The translations under genes were made by a program, and so were the position numbers. Under the pieces are notes generated by a model, which saw only the letters and a list, made by a program, of their open reading frames with translations, was not told the DNA's origin and did no database searches. From Chlorokybus atmophyticus (taxonomy: Eukaryota > Plantae > Mesostigma and Chlorokybus algae): a DNA stretch of 64,000 nucleotides. This document shows, piece by piece, positions 52,316 through 64,000 of the stretch; the stretch's first letter is position 1, and every line of letters starts with the position of its first letter. Where the stretch lies: positions 835,397 through 899,396 of the forward strand of contig RHPI01002368.1 in NCBI GenBank assembly GCA_009103225.1, given 5' to 3'.

Positions 52316-54881
52316 AGCGCTTTCGTTCGGGGCTTACCGGCATGAAACTCGACGGGTACACCAACAGGCGATTATTCAAACTGAACCCCGGTGCGCGAGC
52401 GTTACGAAACGGCTGTACCCAATCCTTTACAGGACAGACACTCAACCCAGCGATATACAGGGGCAGTCTATGACATCGACCTTAAAGTATGTCTGGAAAG
52501 CTGTACATCGAGTACAAGGTTGATCAGAGCGACTGTCAGTGCACGGGTTGCCACGTCGTAAAGGAGCGGGTGACGCGAGCTTCAAGCTCAGTTGCACTGT
52601 GAGTGAGTTGACGAGACGCGGGCGGCGTACAGGCTGGCGACTGGGCGGGGGGCATCGACGCGGCGCGCGCGGTCGCCGCAACAGCTGCTGCTGCTCTACC
52701 TAGAGCTAAAAGCTATAAGCTAGGAGCCTTACTTGAAGTGCTCTGAGTTGAGCAATGGTTATGACTGTGCCATAAAAAAAGCCATTACTCAACAACTTAA
52801 TCAGACATTGGAGACTCCGAGTCAAATTGCAATGTGGTGTGCAAAGCTTGATTGTTTCTTATTGGTCTTCTTACTGAAACATATGTGTACAACACATGTG
52901 TATGTAGCTTGACATAATTTACCAAAATTGTTGTGCTGCATTGCTGAGACATATACCAATATAGCTGTTGTTGTCGGTGCAAAATTCATGTACATGTATG
53001 AATAGTTTGTATACATATTATTACTTACGTGCGCATGCATAGTATGATATGCGTACGCACACATGAAGTAAAATTAGCGCTTAGAGACGCATATTTTTCG
53101 TGTAGCATGCATGTTTATCAACCAATCTTGCAATTAAACATGACAACAAAAACATGCACGAGGCAAGCGAATCTGCTTGATAAAGATATTTTTCAAAATG
53201 TCTGTATGCGATTATCCAACTTTCAATGATACAGTCTTATAAACTACCACATACATTTTCCCTCAGATCTAGCTTCTGAACCATCTCAAGGCTGCCTTTA
53301 AAACTCATGAGTGCATATCCACGCACGTTTACCAACAGTTGTCGCACCGATTTCGCACATCAAAGCACGTAACCACTTTTTATTTATCGCAAGCTTCTAA
53401 TAATATAGTTGAGGTCATTTAATACTGTTAGTGGTTGGACTGTTGCTTTTCAGTTAACATATCGTATATATAAGATAAAATGGCTTATGATTAGATTATG
53501 ACATAAAACATCATCAAGTATAACTTACCTCCATTACTAGCCACCTTATACTGCTGCCGCAGCACGCAATTTAATAAATCTATTATATACCATATGCAAC
53601 TGCACACATTAGTTTAAAATGCGTATCAAGAACATTGTGTCGTTTGTGCACATCATATGCATGTATCACAGATGCAAACGGTGTGGCGGCATGCGCGCAA
53701 AAAGCATAGCGTAAGCGTGAAAGCGCACACATACTATGAATTTTACATGAGCACACGTGTGTGTGCATGCAGAAGGCATTTAACCCATGTTGGCTGGGCT
53801 CCAACCCTCTAACACATTGCATAAACACCGTCTAAAACACACACCCAATGTGTCACAATACATAAGTGCACATGCAGTGCACATGCAAGCCCCTGTTCAT
53901 GCTTGTGTATGCACGCGCTCAAACGTTGCGCCGACCATCGATGCAGACTCTCGCTACACATCAAGTGCAAGTCTGGCATCTAATCATCGACGGTTGATGT
54001 TAAGCACCCTGTACCAGTCGTCGGCGCCAATAGCTTTCCCGCGAACTCGAGCTTGCTTCACGTTCAAACGTAGCCAGTACTGACAATACAGTACAGTACT
54101 TGTCCGCCTGCTTCTCCTCCCCCTGCTTTTTCTCCTCCTCCTATCTCCGCTCGTGCTCCCACAGCTTCTCTTGCGGTTAGGGTTTGGGGCTGGTTTTTAC
54201 TGACGAGAGGAGCTGCGGCGCTGGCGCTCAGCGTGAAGGTGCGCTGTGTTGGAGGTTGCCGCTTGCTGGCACAGCTGGCAAGGCAAGCAGGCAGGCGGCA
54301 ATAACAACTGCTGCCTGCTTGCTTGCTTGGCTGTGTATGATTGGCCGCAGGACAAGCTGTTGCGTGGTAAATTGTTCGCCATGCTCATACCATGTTCCAA
54401 TCTGTCAACGACGGGCTTGCCTTCGTGATGTGACAGTAAATGATATTCATGCCATGTATGCAAGCGGTCAATGCGTAGTTCTGAAGCTGAAGTAGTGCTA
54501 CAGTCGTCGATTATACAATTAAGTACACACATAGTCGCACTTGCAAACCCTAGCACGTGGGCCTTCTCATGCGTGGCTTGACACTGCTTAGGCGGCGTAT
54601 TGTGCACACAACCCAGCAGAAGCCCATCCACAGCGCCAAGCTGTTGAGAGCAATAGTACAACAACATGGTGAAGTTAGCATTAAAAAGACCACCAGCAAC
54701 AACAATTCCGCACGAAGCAATGCTGCGGCCGAAGTAAGTAAAGAAGGTCGTCAAGGGGAGTTGCGCTTCCTCGTGGAGAGTTGCTTTTTGAAGCTGAGCC
54801 GCTAGCACAAGTCCAACAGCTTGCGGAGGCCAGAAATATCAATATGTCAATCAACTCATCACAGGAATTCAGTAATTTGAA

Positions 54882-56945
54882 ATGAACCCCGACCAGCCGC
54901 GAGAGCCATGGACGGTTTGGACAATAGCAGGGGGAGAAGAGGCGGGGTTCTGTGACAGCCAAGCGCTATCGGCACGCTTTTGCGACCCTTACGGGCTGGC
55001 CGTGAACCCGGAGGCAGATTGTCTGTACATCGTAGACGCAGACAACCACTGCTTGCGCAAGCTATGCTTGAACACGGGCAACGTGACCACAGTTGCAGGG
55101 AGCGAGCGCCAAGGCCACATCGACGGCCACCCCACCAATGCTGACATAAAGTTAAGTTCTTGGACGGTGCTTGCAATAGATGCCCGCGGCTGCCTATACT
55201 TCAACCAAGATAACTACCTGGTCAGGCGCATAACGCCTTCAGGGCACGTGAGCACCTTTGATTGGAGGCGTCGGTGCAGAGGGATGGTTTGCACGGAAGA
55301 GAGCAACTGCATTGCAAGCATCAACACGATGGCGTATGACCATGCACGCAACTGCCTGCTTATTGGCGCTGGCGCTTTGCACGGGATCCGCAGCGGCATT
55401 TGGGGGTTGGATTTGGACTCGCATAAATTTGTGAGCAACGACAATCCACCACAAGCAGACACCATCTACCATCAGGCATCAGGCGTGATTCATACACTTG
55501 CGTGGTCGCCCACAGGGGTGTTGTACATAGGCGGTTGCTACGACGTTTGCAAGCTATCGCCCACGAAAGTGTCAGCGGACGTCCAGCATACCAAACCAGA
55601 TGCTCAGGGTATGGCAGGTTTTATGATGAGTCTTATTCAATGAGCATTGTTGTCCTACCAGACTGCTCCCTTCTCATTAGCCGTGGTAACAACATTTACC
55701 ATGGCTCACCCAACGGCAATGAGGTTGTGCAAGTTTGCGGGCGCGGGGAGGCAGATGTTGTTGGAGTGCACCCAGATGACAACGGCAATGAGGTCCCGGG
55801 GCATGTTGACGGCGTGGGGTTGGCAGGTAACCACACACGTAAATTGTGTGGGCATCTGCTCCATGGCAGCATTGCTACTGCTGGGTTAATGATATTGCGT
55901 TGTGCATTCGCTCATGACGTTGTAGCGATTAATTGCTTACCACCTGTGGAAACAGAGCAGCATGCAGGTGTAAAGTCTTCATACACGCATCCATGTAAAT
56001 ACTCTTGACCTGCGCACACACGTGTAGTACACAGCGTTTGCACGCATGTGTGTCTTCGTGTATATTTGTGTGTGCGCGTGAGCAGCTGTTGTCTAACAAG
56101 CGCGCTGCGTTGGCAGCAAGGTTTTATACTTTGCGCCAGCTTGCATTGGATGCGCGGCGCGGTGTGGTTTACGCCTCGGATGAACAGTGCATCAGATGCA
56201 TTACCCTGCCACCATCCTGCCTGCGCCCGCAATCCACTTTCAAACGGGACATGCTCGCCATGTCAGCAGTTGCAACAGCAAATCCTGGCGTGGCCACTTT
56301 TGGCATCCCCCCCAGCTACACTGTAAGAGATGAATGTGTGATGTCTCATTTGCTGTTATCGATCACTGTGTCAATGGTGGTTTTGCCAACTTGTTTGTTT
56401 CAATCACACATTTTGCACATCCTTTCTTGGCATCACAGACTGGTCTTGATGCAGGACACATATGTACGTATGCATTGCAGGTGCAGGCAGTGCGATGTGT
56501 CCTGGTGCAAAGGAGTGAGTACTTTGCTGCGCTGCTGAGGCACGCTGGGGATGGCATTATTCCAATCCAGGAGGTCTCGCCGCAGGCATTCACTAGTGTT
56601 CTCCACTATTTGGCTACAGACAGCATCGCTGACATCGTGGACGATGTGGCCCTTGAGCTGCTGAGTTACTCCCGGCTGGTGATGTTGCCGCACCTTGGGG
56701 ACCTGTGCGAGGACAAGTTGGTTCGCTGTGTAAGCGACAACGTGCCCACCGCCATGCTCGCCCCCGCCCCTGCCCACGTCTTGAGTATGCTTCAGCTGGC
56801 CAAAGACTTGAAGTACACGCGGCTGCAAGCGCATACGACTGCACACGTTGTGCGGCGTTTCTATGAGCTGGTTCATGAGATGGGTACGCATTTGGACAAA
56901 AAACTTCTGTTTGAAATCATGAAAGTGGTTGCTGGCGTGAGGTAG
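54882..56945 (+). CDS. NHL-repeat beta-propeller + BTB/POZ protein, apparently frameshifted near 55570-55640
   Basis: TIAGGEEAGFCD...ARFCDPYGLAV...LYIVDADNHCLRKL...VTTVAGS (NHL repeats) and VLVQRSEYFAALL...IQEVSPQAFTSVLHYLATD...LCEDKL (BTB). The first ORF stops at 55643 while the repeats continue in another frame. Confidence 0.8.
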
Positions 56946-57145
56946 AAGTTGCCATACTTGTACAAACAATGCGGACTATATGCGCATGTGTACATATCTT
57001 TGATGTGCTACATTGCCTAACCAACGGCACTATTAAGTCAAAGGTTGTACTAAGTGCGCTGTTCCTATCAATACCGTGATTGTTATTGTTATGCTAACGG
57101 CAAGCGCGCATCCCATAGATGTAACGTTGTATTCTTTGCCCACAC

Positions 57146-57611
<466 letters not shown>

Positions 57612-57806
57612 GTATGTGATTCATTTATTTCTACAACGGTGGGGTTATGTTGCCGGATAAAGGCAGTAACCATTCAACACAACTTGATCGATTACATCAG
57701 GGGATCAGCAACCTTTGCCAATAAAACACATCACACAACGCACCCCACAGATTGCACCAATTAAGTACGCGTGCCGCAACAAAGTACCTTACACAGCAAA
57801 AGCACA

Positions 57807-60460
57807 CTACGTGTCTTCATCCTCATCGCCGCCGCCTTCGTGCTTCGCTTGCTCTCCCCGCTCGGAGACACCGGACGCGCGCAGTAGATGAGACGACAGC
57901 GACAAGTCATACATCAGACTCTGCGTCGTAGACAATAGACTGAGAGTCCTTTGCAAGTACCAGACCTTCCATGAGGTGTAAAGACGAATGCAGAGCCTAT
58001 TCATGTAAACAAAGAAACGAAGCAACGGACACACGCACAAACATGCGCGCGAGCGCACAGAAGCATGTGTCATGACATACACTGGAGTGACTGTGAACGC
58101 GTCGGTCAACGATTGAAAGTATGCATGAACGCGTGAGTGTATGTACGTGTGCGCAAATGAATGATGTGTGAGTGACTGAATGAATCAACGAGTGACTGCA
58201 CGATTAATGGACTAATTTGCATCACTTGGATGACGAGTGGACAAGCAATTGCACATTGCTTGATAATTGATTCACCGACTACTCACAAATACTTTATTGA
58301 CTGAACGAGGCTAAATCTCACCTCCAGTTTGTTGAGGTTGTACTTGAGCGAGTCGTACTTTTTCCTCAAAGGTGTGTTCCTGAAGTCAAACTGGTGCACA
58401 CAAACAGAATGAGAGCCTGGTCAAAACCCAGCGGATTTGGACTCGCTCTCATACACTGAGCATGTTGGCGATATCACCTGCAACAGCTGTCCATTTATCG
58501 CCTCTACAGCGTCCCGGCAACGCTTCACGAGGTCGACATCGCGCGCGGTTGCACACGCAACACCCACCCTCACTACCTCCTGTTTGCAACCACACACGCA
58601 GGTGAGTCCATTGAGAGAGCATAAGTACCACACACGTACACTCATTGTGCACAAATGCACGCATAACCACGGGTGCGCATATGCGCGTGTAAATACACAC
58701 GCACATTCGTTCACACACGCGAATATGCGTGCGTGCACACGCGCACACGCACGTACGCACGCACGCACCATTTCGCTGTGTAATGTTCCCACATACAATA
58801 TCCTTCTCCCTCTTGTTCCTTACCCCAGTGAAGTCAATGACCCCGCCAATATACTCGGTGACGTTGATATCTTCTGCAGCCTGGCTGATATCAACTTTAC
58901 GCAGGACTGTCCCGCAGGCCAAAAAGTGCTCAAGAATACGAGCTTCGCAGTACTCTTCCAGAGAAGAGCTGAAAGACCTGACAATCACACACATACTTTA
59001 AACTGTCTCCTACACAAGCGCGCACACGCACGCACTATAATACAATATATAGATATGTTGATAAACAGAGATACACCTGTGCACAGCTATAGGCACACGC
59101 ACACATGCGTGTGTCTATAGCTGCGTGTACACATATACACACACATGCGTTCACACACACATACTAAGATACACAGCTACCTGTATATGCATGCATGAGT
59201 ATAATATGCACGTGCTCACACACACACACACAAATGTATGCGGGCGTACATGTGCATGCGTGCATACATAAGGTATACACACAATCCATGCGCACGCGCG
59301 CACAGTGTGCACAACCTACTAGATGAAAACGTCCATCCCAACAATGTACCCGTAGCGCAGGTCTGGATGGGCGGTGATGGCAGGACGGATGTTGTCGGCG
59401 ACCTTGCGTGCGTGTTCGAGCTGGGCGGATGCGCCCGCTTTGTCACCCCGCTTCATGTGGCAAAGAAGCACGTGTTGTGTGTGTTTAGTAGACAGATGTA
59501 CGCTATGATTGGCCTGTGATTTGGTCAATGACTCAACCGAGTGAGAGTGTTTGGTTGGAAGACGTGAATAAGCAACAAGGTTGCTCATCGACGAGTGAGC
59601 GCGTGAGTGATTGATAGATTGAGTATCAACATGTCGTTGTTACACAATACGTACATAAAGTGGCTACCTGAAGGCAGTATATGGCTAGTTTGCTGGCGCG
59701 CTGAACCTCCCGGGACCGCTTTATCACCTGATAGAGTTTCATCAATTGGCTTACACACAAGCACAAGATCAACATCCTAGGTGTTGAAAGTCTCAGAGAG
59801 GGTGACACCGTCCCTCATAGAGTACTAAGGGTTGCAGCTGCAAGCATGCACTACATGCATGCTTGCTTGCATGCAGGCGCCCCAAAGAGACATGCATTGA
59901 GCGAGAGTCAGTGTGCACAGCAACAATGCACAGCAACGATGACAATAACAACAACAGCTATCACTGTATGCCTCTTTCTCTTTCATGCAACCTGCATGAC
60001 TGCATGCACGCATGCATATTGCCATACAGAATGGAATGAGAGACAGTGCAATCTTCACGGAGGAAGGAAAATCACGACAATCACACCAAAGACCTTACCA
60101 CCATCATCAACACCACCAACAACAATGCCGGTCACACGAACCAATGACAGCAACAGCGACAACGACAACGACGAACCAACTCAACAATCCACACACCATC
60201 TCTCTGGTCTCGTCCACTTCATGCATCCCCCTCCTCATCTCCTCAAACTCCCTTTCATCCAGCAGCCCGTTCGCCGCGGCTGCCGCGGCCGCCATGAGGG
60301 GCCGGGCTGCCGCTCCTATCGCTCCCGACATCTTGCCGGCCCCGAATGCGATTGAAAGCTTAGGCAGACTCACTGCTCTGGTTCTGTAGGTACTTAAACC
60401 TCTACCTAGCAACAACGCTCCCCTGCCCGTCGCCAACGACACCGCCGTCGCCGCCGCCAT
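57807..60460 (-). CDS. Translin/TRAX-family protein with a transit-peptide-like N-terminus, 7 exons
   Basis: DETREM-VIKRSREVQRASKLAIYCLQ-RGD...HPDLRYG-SFSSSLEEYCEA...EYIGGVIDFTG-EVVR...-FDFRNTPLRKKYDSLKYNLNKLE-..LMYDLSL. Junction phases are consistent. Confidence 0.88.
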
Positions 60461-60529
60461 GGCCACTGCTCTCTGCAATAAACTATAATAGTACATAATT
60501 TTGTTACTAGCTTCTGTCCCAAGCAGCGC

Positions 60530-60611
60530 GTCAGTTTGTCCGAGTGGTTAAGGAGATAGACTTGAAATCTATTGGGCATTGCCCGCGCAGGTTCGAACCC
60601 TGCAGCTGACG
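60530..60611 (+). tRNA. trnS-TGA: tRNA-Ser (anticodon TGA)
   Basis: 82 nt. Acceptor stem GTCAGTT/AGCTGAC, D-loop GAGTGGTTAA, anticodon arm ATAGA-CTTGAAA-TCTAT, long variable arm, T-arm GCAGG-TTCGAAC-CCTGC. A TTTT Pol III terminator follows at 60620-60623. Confidence 0.97.
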
Positions 60612-61921
60612 GATAGCTGTTTTGTCGCCTTTGTGATTATCTAATACCTTCATTTTACATGAAACTATCTAATACTAGTTTCCGTATAACAACTGCTGAT
60701 GTAATGGACATACTTTACGTGCAGTCGATCACAAATAGTGTAACCTTGCAGGCGACACATTTACATTTTGGACATAGTGTCTCTAATATAGGAGGTCTCT
60801 AATATCTCATGTTCTATACGAGATGCATTCGTTCCAAATTGTGTACAAGAAGTGCAAACATTATGTAAGTGACAACATGTCCATCCAAATATGTATCATA
60901 CATAAAAACGTCTCTTTGCTGTTGCAAAAAAACACATTCATTATAAACATTTCGTAATAGACACCTTTGTTTTCAACATTGGTGTCTCCACAACGTGTAG
61001 GAGATACAATGTTGCGTTGGATGTCCGTACTAAAAGGTCATTTTGCTATTGCAAGGAAGGTTATCTGTCCACCATCTGTCAGTTTTGCTGCATGAAAGCG
61101 GGCAATTAAAAGCACTGGCAATTGGCAATCCATAGCTCCATCTAGTTCCACAGCTGGGAATACAACCGCAGCCTTGACTATTGCTCCAGAAGGCCAAAAT
61201 ACGATCATTTAGCAAATGCAATGCATTGGTAAGCCACTTAGCCAGTGGGATAACCATCACGAAATCAAGAAGCGGCGCTTGACTTGACTTGACTTGAACA
61301 TGTATGCGCATTGTACAAGAATACAGAAAATGTAATGCAATGATAATAGGTTGATGTCAATAATGATGACAATGATGATGGCGACGACGCATATGTACAT
61401 TTTATTGTGACAGATTTGGTGATCATTATAAGATTTAATCAACTAGTAAAGAAGCTATTATCTCAATTTGCATGAAGCTATGGTATATATGTCGCAATTG
61501 CATGATGTGTTGCACTATAAGCACACATTTACACAACAAAAGTACACACCATCAATGCAACACGAGTAGTAGATAACACAAAGGCTATGTGCACAACGTT
61601 CATCCATGTGCCATAATGTCATATACATGATTATTATACACATAAATGGCATGTACCTCCTCCCATCGCAGTGACATTTGCTGTCATAGCTTAGTAGTCG
61701 AAGCGCCGGTTACGTTACACGTGCGTGCAACGCACATGCGCATTCATGCTTGTTATTATATGTTGCCGTGTACAACCTTTTGCAATCGATTTATATAGTA
61801 TATTACATGCTGATATTTCCTTTGCATGATACAAGGCCTTTCTCACAACTTGAGTAAGCAACTTTAAACATTTTGTGTTGTCATGGTTTCAAAGCCAATT
61901 GAAAAACGGTCGCAACAACTA

Positions 61922-63590
61922 CCGTATTTACTCCATGACAGTCCCCCCCTTTTTATACAATCCCCCCCTCGAATTTGCCGGGGGGACTGTATTTAAGGGA
62001 GGACTCTGCTAGGCGTGGGGGATACTATTGTGTAGGAGTAGTTACAGGTAAATGGCAATTGGACTTTCACGTTACGCTTTCAAACGAAATTCCTCTTTCA
62101 ACGCGTATTAGCGCCAACTGCGCCACACAGGAGTTCATTTTGGCGGGCAAACTGCGCAGCAGAGGCGGCGGTATTGGCGCTCTTATGCGACGCCATGACG
62201 TCTATGAGCAGGGCGACTAGGCATGCAGTCCAAGCACGCCTGGAGAGGGAAGCCAAGGAGGCGGAGGAGGCAGCAAAGCTAGCAGCGGAAGCCGCCGCTA
62301 GAGCTCGAGCAGCTGCTGCAGCGGCTTTAGCTTCGGCTGCTGCAGCGGCTCAAGATGCTGGGCAGCGATCCGATGGCGTCAACAAGCGAGTTAACGCGGC
62401 ACGTCGTACCAATGGCGTCCAGCGGCGTTACAAAAGACGGGCATTCACCATCTTTCACAAGGTACAGTAGTTGAACGCCTGTATGTTAGTGTTTGTGCTC
62501 GCATGTAACAGAGTGGGGTTGTTGTTGTCATTATCGTTGTCGTTGTTTGTACTTGCATGAGACAAAGTAGGTTGTTGTTGTCGTTGTTGGTGCTTGCATG
62601 TAGCAGGGTAGTTTGTCGCTGTCATTCTCTGTGCTATAATGTTAACGAACAATGTAAGCAGCATGAGTTGCAGTAGTATGTATGTATCTGATTGTTGTAT
62701 TTGAATGTCAAGATATGGCTGAAGCTATGTGAGTAATAGTAGTTTGTCTGCTTGTACATGTTGTTGTTGTGTTGGTTATTATGCTGGCATGCCAACAGTA
62801 GCAGTTGACAATTCTGTTATGCTGATGCAGAGAAAGTTCTTAGCCCTAGCGAAGCAAATGAGAATTAAAAAGACTGAGCGTGAGACTAGCATTCACGCGA
62901 AGTCGTTGAGAGAATGGATCACGAAAAAGCTGGACATTCGAGCAGCATGTGCTACCTCCTATCGACTGAAGGGTGGGGGTCGCGCCATAGCCTACCCCGA
63001 GCTTGACACGCTGGTGTACGACTGAATTGTAAGCATGCGATACAAAGACAACGCTGTCACGCAGCTAATGATTCAAGCAAGTGTCTTACCAATGCTGATT
63101 GTACAAGCATGTGAAGTCACATGTGCCTGCGATTGGATAGTTGTGGAATGTGGTAGTATTGTGTGACGGCTGATGCTGTGCATATTGCAGCGTGTGGCGC
63201 GCAAGCTGGTAGCCGACCATAACGAGAAGGTGGTGGAGGAGCAGCAAGAAGAGGATGATGTGAATGGCAACAATAGTCAGGGGACTGCAAAGACCTGGCT
63301 TTTGAAGGTTTTATTGACTTGGGTTGTACGCTTTATGTGTCGCTTTGCTGTGGCTGTGCGTGTTTGCACAAAGGTAGGTAGGGCAGAAGTTGCCCGCTGA
63401 TTTAGCCTTAAAGATAGAAGGGCATCAGACATACATCACTCTCATGCGAGAGCGTCATCACTATGCTGCGTCCGGGGTGTTGAACATGGATGAAGTTCCA
63501 ATGGTGGTTGACTTGCCGAGTGCGCGTACGGTTACTCAAGCGGGGTCACGAACAGTTTCCAACCGCACAACTCGTGGCAAATTTTACACG
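61922..63590 (+). mobile_element. Decayed pogo-like (POGK/Brinker-DBD type) DNA transposon, intron-containing, 3'-truncated
   Basis: TA followed by the terminus CCGTATTT and an internal IR (CAGTCCCCCC/GGGGGGACTG). Exons encode KRRAFTIFHK...LREW...GGGRAIAYPELDTLVYD*IV (premature stop), then WVVRFMCRF and LNMDEVPMVVDLPSARTV...VSNRTT. No right TIR found. Confidence 0.8.
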
Positions 63591-63945
63591 GTGACTGACC
63601 AGGGACCGAGGGACTGACGAGTGCCTGACCCTACCTGACCGTACCTAACCCTAACGACTTGGGCCATAAAGGGACTGACTGGACTGCCAGTGTATATTGT
63701 GGATAACAATTAACGGCCGATGGCCTATTGTACAATATAATGGACTGCTGCCTGCCTGTCATGACCTGCTTGTAATATATGTCGACGGCCGACCGCCGGT
63801 CGTATAGCACCCGCGGCGGCGACCTACCTGTTATGGCAATAAAGTCACCTCTCAGTCCCTCAATTTTGATGAATGATACGGAATATTTTCGTAGTTAATA
63901 CGACCGACCGCCGATCGTATAGCATTTTGCGACGGTGATGTTTTA
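63590..63945. repeat. Unclassified repeat end with telomere-like units and short direct repeats
   Basis: CCCTACCTGACCGTACCTAACCCTAAC, recurring GGGACTGA, and two copies of CCGACCGCCG.TCGTATAGCA (about 63788 and 63903). Confidence 0.35.
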
Positions 63946-64000
63946 AAAATGGCAAGCAAGTGACTTATCAGTTCCAACTTAGGGACGAGCAGTGGCGGTG

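Noticed and set aside
52320-54100. Intergenic region checked for snRNA, 5S or other ncRNA
   Set aside because: I recognised no U1/U2/U6, 5S, SRP or tRNA signature by eye. An Rfam/Infernal scan would be needed to exclude them.
63870-63885. ATACGG as a possible right TIR of the pogo element
   Set aside because: Only 6 bp match the left terminus and no TA follows.

Overview
This is intron-rich eukaryotic nuclear DNA with two N-gaps. The gene set (ethylene receptor, LDIP-like, STR14-like, PsbR) points to a green plant lineage, most likely a streptophyte alga (inference). Most six-frame ORFs are artefacts of dinucleotide-rich introns, so I assembled the genes by hand from GT/GC-AG junctions. Well-supported genes: a MEKK/NPK1-type MAP3K (-), a plastid rhodanese STR14-like (+), a large chromatin-type protein (-) head-to-head with an LDIP/promethin-like lipid-droplet gene (+), a Raf-like kinase ending in CaaX (-), a hybrid ethylene receptor (+), PsbR (-), an NHL-repeat/BTB gene with a frameshift (+), a translin/TRAX-like gene with a transit-peptide-like N-terminus (-), and tRNA-Ser(TGA). 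A nested retroelement island spans about 15.7-25.6 kb. It holds a CRE-like LINE split by a Ty3/Gypsy, a Copia interrupted by a 511-bp TRIM, a Copia integrase fused to the LTR end, a DIRS-type tyrosine recombinase fragment and a 1.06-kb solo LTR. A solo LTR of the same TRIM family lies at 3.2 kb, and a decayed pogo-like transposase is at the right end. I found no CRISPR array, no rRNA and no single clearly novel multi-gene system. The best leads are the mosaic ethylene receptor, the possibly organelle-targeted TRAX-like nuclease, the miniature LTR element and the odd retroelement geometry. All family assignments come from motif recognition, not database searches.
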